Part shown: in pieces, positions 61,724 through 64,000 of the stretch
Layout: every line of letters begins with the position of its first letter
Position numbering within the stretch: the stretch's first letter is position 1
Assembly: GCA_938015875.1 (NCBI GenBank)
Contig: CALLXE010000047.1
Location: 7,101-71,100, forward strand
DNA: 64,000 nucleotides
From: an uncultured Robiginitomaculum sp.
GTDB lineage: Bacteria; Pseudomonadota; Alphaproteobacteria; Caulobacterales; Maricaulaceae
Reading direction: 5' to 3'
Position numbers and translations under genes: made by a program
Notes under the pieces: generated by a model
Database searches by the model: none
What the model saw: the letters and a program-made list of their open reading frames with translations, nothing else
What the model was told of the DNA's origin: nothing

Positions 61724-62908
61724 TTACTGATTTTGGGCATAAAAATATGCATCCAGCGTATCGACCACGGCTTTCATCTTGCGCGTGCGTTCCTTCGGCG
61801 ATTTCAACGCCTTCTCATCCGTCGGATTTGAGATATAGCCCATTTCGAGCAAAACCGCAGGAACATCCGGCGCAAGCAGGACAGCCAGGCCTTTTTGGCG
61901 GTGCGTATTGCGCAAAATCGGCGCGACTTTCGCCAGGCGCGGTATCAGCATTTCAGCAAATTTATGAGAATTGGAAAACGTCTTTTTTTGCGCAAGGCTG
62001 ACTAATATGTCACCGACATTATCATTGGTATCCCGCAAATCCACATCAACGATAAATTCCTGTTTATCAACAAGTTTCGTCGAGCGTTTTTGCGCATATG
62101 TCGCCAGCGTATAGACGGACGCCCCCCGCGTCGTGCGCGATTCCAGTGCGTCCGCATGAAGCGAGATAAACAAATCGGCTTCGCGAACGCGCGCGCGACG
62201 CACCCGCTCATAATGATCGACGTAAACATCTTTATCACGCGTCAGATATACATCATAACGCCCCGTTTTAAGCAGCTGCGCCTGAAGCTCTTTCGCTGCG
62301 GCTAGGGTGACTGACTTTTCTTTGGTGCCAACGGCGCCGATGGCTCCGGGGTCATACCCGCCATGACCGGCGTCAATGACAATAAGGCGTTTGACAGCTT
62401 TGGCAGGCGCGTAACTGTTGCCCGGCTTGATACGCGGAATGGCTATGCCGCCTGCGCTTACAGCCCGCCCCCGCACTTGCGCGGAAATCGGCGCTTGGGA
62501 CCCGGGCGCAGAAACAACGGCTCTGCCGCGGGCGGGTTTGATATTGATTACAGCCTGATTGCCGAAATGCGTATAGTCTAAAAACTTTGCGCCCGGTGCC
62601 AAATCCAAAACGATGCGGCTGCCGCCATTACGGGGCGCATGGCGAACGCCGGTAACACCGGCTGCTGCGAATGGCTTGAACCCTGCCGTCGGAATGGCCG
62701 ACGGAGAATCAATAACAATACGCGGCTTATCCCCCGGAATAGAGAACACCCGCGGCGCGGTGACATTACCTGAGTAGCTGACCGTTACATCGGTGTTACC
62801 GACCGCGTTCTGCACGCCGGCCACGCCGGTGACAGAGGCCGCTAAAGCCGGCGAAAGGCTTGCGGTCACGAAAGCCAGAATCACAGCGCAACGGAGAAAG
62901 ATATTCAT
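61724..62908 (-). CDS. amiC: N-acetylmuramoyl-L-alanine amidase (AMIN + Amidase_3)
   Basis: Signal peptide, PRIVID, DAGHGG, SLHAD, LLEMGY. Confidence 0.92.
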   Translation of the reverse strand: MNIFLRCAVILAFVTASLSPALAASVTGVAGVQNAVGNTDVTVSYSGNVTAPRVFSIPGDKPRIVIDSPSAIPTAGFKPFAAAGVTGVRHAPRNGGSRIVLDLAPGAKFLDYTHFGNQAVINIKPARGRAVVSAPGSQAPISAQVRGRAVSAGGIAIPRIKPGNSYAPAKAVKRLIVIDAGHGGYDPGAIGAVGTKEKSVTLAAAKELQAQLLKTGRYDVYLTRDKDVYVDHYERVRRARVREADLFISLHADALESRTTRGASVYTLATYAQKRSTKLVDKQEFIVDVDLRDTNDNVGDILVSLAQKKTFSNSHKFAEMLIPRLAKVAPILRNTHRQKGLAVLLAPDVPAVLLEMGYISNPTDEKALKSPKERTRKMKAVVDTLDAYFYAQNQ

Positions 62909-62932
62909 AGCGTCTATATGCGGAAGTTATGG

Positions 62933-62948
62933 TTTACGCCTTATTAAC
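62933..62948. promoter_or_regulatory. CtrA-like box upstream of amiC
   Basis: TTTA-CGCCTTA-TTAAC (N7 spacing, one mismatch). Confidence 0.5.
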
Positions 62949-62986
62949 GCGCGCCCTTCGCAGTGCAGTTTCAGCGCCCGTCCGGT

Positions 62987-63380
62987 GTGAAAAGAGGTCC
63001 GCGCAAGGTTATAATTACAATCGGCGCTTCCCATATGAACAGAACCGGTGCACAGTTGCCGCACAAATCAGGACAGAAAGGCCAAGACCGCTTGGCGTGT
63101 CTGATTTGCCTGAACCCGGACGCTGACAGCGTCCATAACCGAAAGTTTATCATGCGCGCTGCGCCTCGCCCGACCATCACATATCGCGACTTGACTGTCG
63201 CATATGTCGGAATCACAGGACACACCTCCTCTGACGACCGGGTCTTTTCTGCGAGCCGGCGCGCTGTTCAACGCCTTTTAACCTATATATTGGCTCTCTT
63301 TTCACCGACCATTCCCGCGCGCGAAGGCGCTGCGGAGAAGCGCCCTGTATGGCGCCGGCCCGGGAGCCCCGGAGACTTAA
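62987..63380 (+). promoter_or_regulatory. Putative rne promoter and long 5' leader
   Basis: GTGAAA-N17-TATAAT (62987-63015) about 365 nt before the rne ATG. Confidence 0.5.
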
Positions 63381-64000
63381 ATGACAAAGAAAATGCTTAT
63401 CGATGCCTCCCACCCGGAAGAAACCCGGGTCGTCGTCGTCGATCACTCGCGAGTTGAAGAACTCGATTTTGAAAGCCAAGCCAAGCGCCAATTGCGCGGC
63501 AATGTTTATCTGGCCCGCGTCACCCGCGTAGAACCGTCCCTTCAGGCGGCTTTCGTGGAGTTTGGCGGCAATCGCCACGGCTTTTTGGCTTTCTCTGAAA
63601 TCCATCCTGACTACTATCAAATCCCCTTTGCAGATCGCCAAAAGTTGATCGAGGAAGAGGAAGAAGTTCTGGAAGATGAGGACGATGATGACGTTGAAGA
63701 TGACGCCGCACAAAGGGTGGCGGATATTGACGATGATGATGACGAAGACGACTTTGACCCGCTAACCCCGGCGGCGACAACCTTCCGCACAGCGGAAAAT
63801 CGTAAGGTCAAAGATCTTGACGACCCCACAGCCGGCGCGTCGAAGAATTACAAAGCTGCTGAGCAGGAATTTGAAGAAGCCGAAGCTCGGGCAAAAGCCA
63901 AAGCTGAGCGCGCAAAGGCCTCAAAAACAAAAGCATCCGCAAAAATCTCTGCTGATGAAGACGACGACGATGTTGATGATGACGATGATGTCACGGACGA
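63381..64000 (+). CDS. rne: Ribonuclease E (3'-partial)
   Basis: MTKKMLIDASHPEETRVVV…RGNVYLARVTRVEPSLQAAFVEFGGNRHGFL; acidic S1 insert; GGAG RBS. Confidence 0.96.
   Translation, partial: MTKKMLIDASHPEETRVVVVDHSRVEELDFESQAKRQLRGNVYLARVTRVEPSLQAAFVEFGGNRHGFLAFSEIHPDYYQIPFADRQKLIEEEEEVLEDEDDDDVEDDAAQRVADIDDDDDEDDFDPLTPAATTFRTAENRKVKDLDDPTAGASKNYKAAEQEFEEAEARAKAKAERAKASKTKASAKISADEDDDDVDDDDDVTD

Noticed and set aside
62963-63457. 164-aa ORF upstream of rne
   Set aside because: Overlaps the promoter, leader and rne start out of frame; no recognisable features.
63650-64000. GAT/GAC/GAA trinucleotide-like repeats
   Set aside because: They encode the acidic insert in the RNase E S1 domain, known in alphaproteobacteria; not a DNA repeat element.
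1-64000. CRISPR arrays, rRNA, intact IS/prophage or defence operons
   Set aside because: No repeat-spacer arrays, rRNA signatures, transposases or phage structural genes seen.

Overview
Mostly core chromosome of a GC-moderate alphaproteobacterium; gene order and motifs suggest the Caulobacterales/Maricaulales lineage (inference). Housekeeping genes: uvrA (5'-partial), trmFO, smpB, dapA, slt, recJ, cysD/cysNC, cnoX operon, lolDE, proS, holC, pepA, lptFG-surA-pdxA-rsmA, gmk, mltG, fabF-acpP-fabG-fabD, rpsF-rpsR-rplI, dnaB, alr, prfB (+1 frameshift), mrcA, amiC, rne (3'-partial), tRNA-Glu(TTC), tRNA-Leu(TAA). Best candidates for undescribed biology: (1) CysD with an N-terminal phage Cro-like helix-turn-helix domain and an operator-like palindrome touching its start codon, in a cysD-cysNC-DHH phosphoesterase operon; (2) an AT-richer islet (about 29.1-32.0 kb) with a ToxR/CadC-like winged-helix-TM-TPR sensor, a coupled unknown protein, 11-bp direct repeats and a divergent multi-hairpin candidate RNA followed by a 50-aa ORF. 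Also: a decayed tyrosine-integrase tail beside tRNA-Glu, a lipoprotein delta-class carbonic anhydrase with a LysR-type box, a Slam-like barrel plus FecR pair, an intermediate-filament-like coiled-coil protein with a CtrA-like box, and lptD absent from its usual locus. All assignments come from motif recognition by eye; no searches or folding were run.
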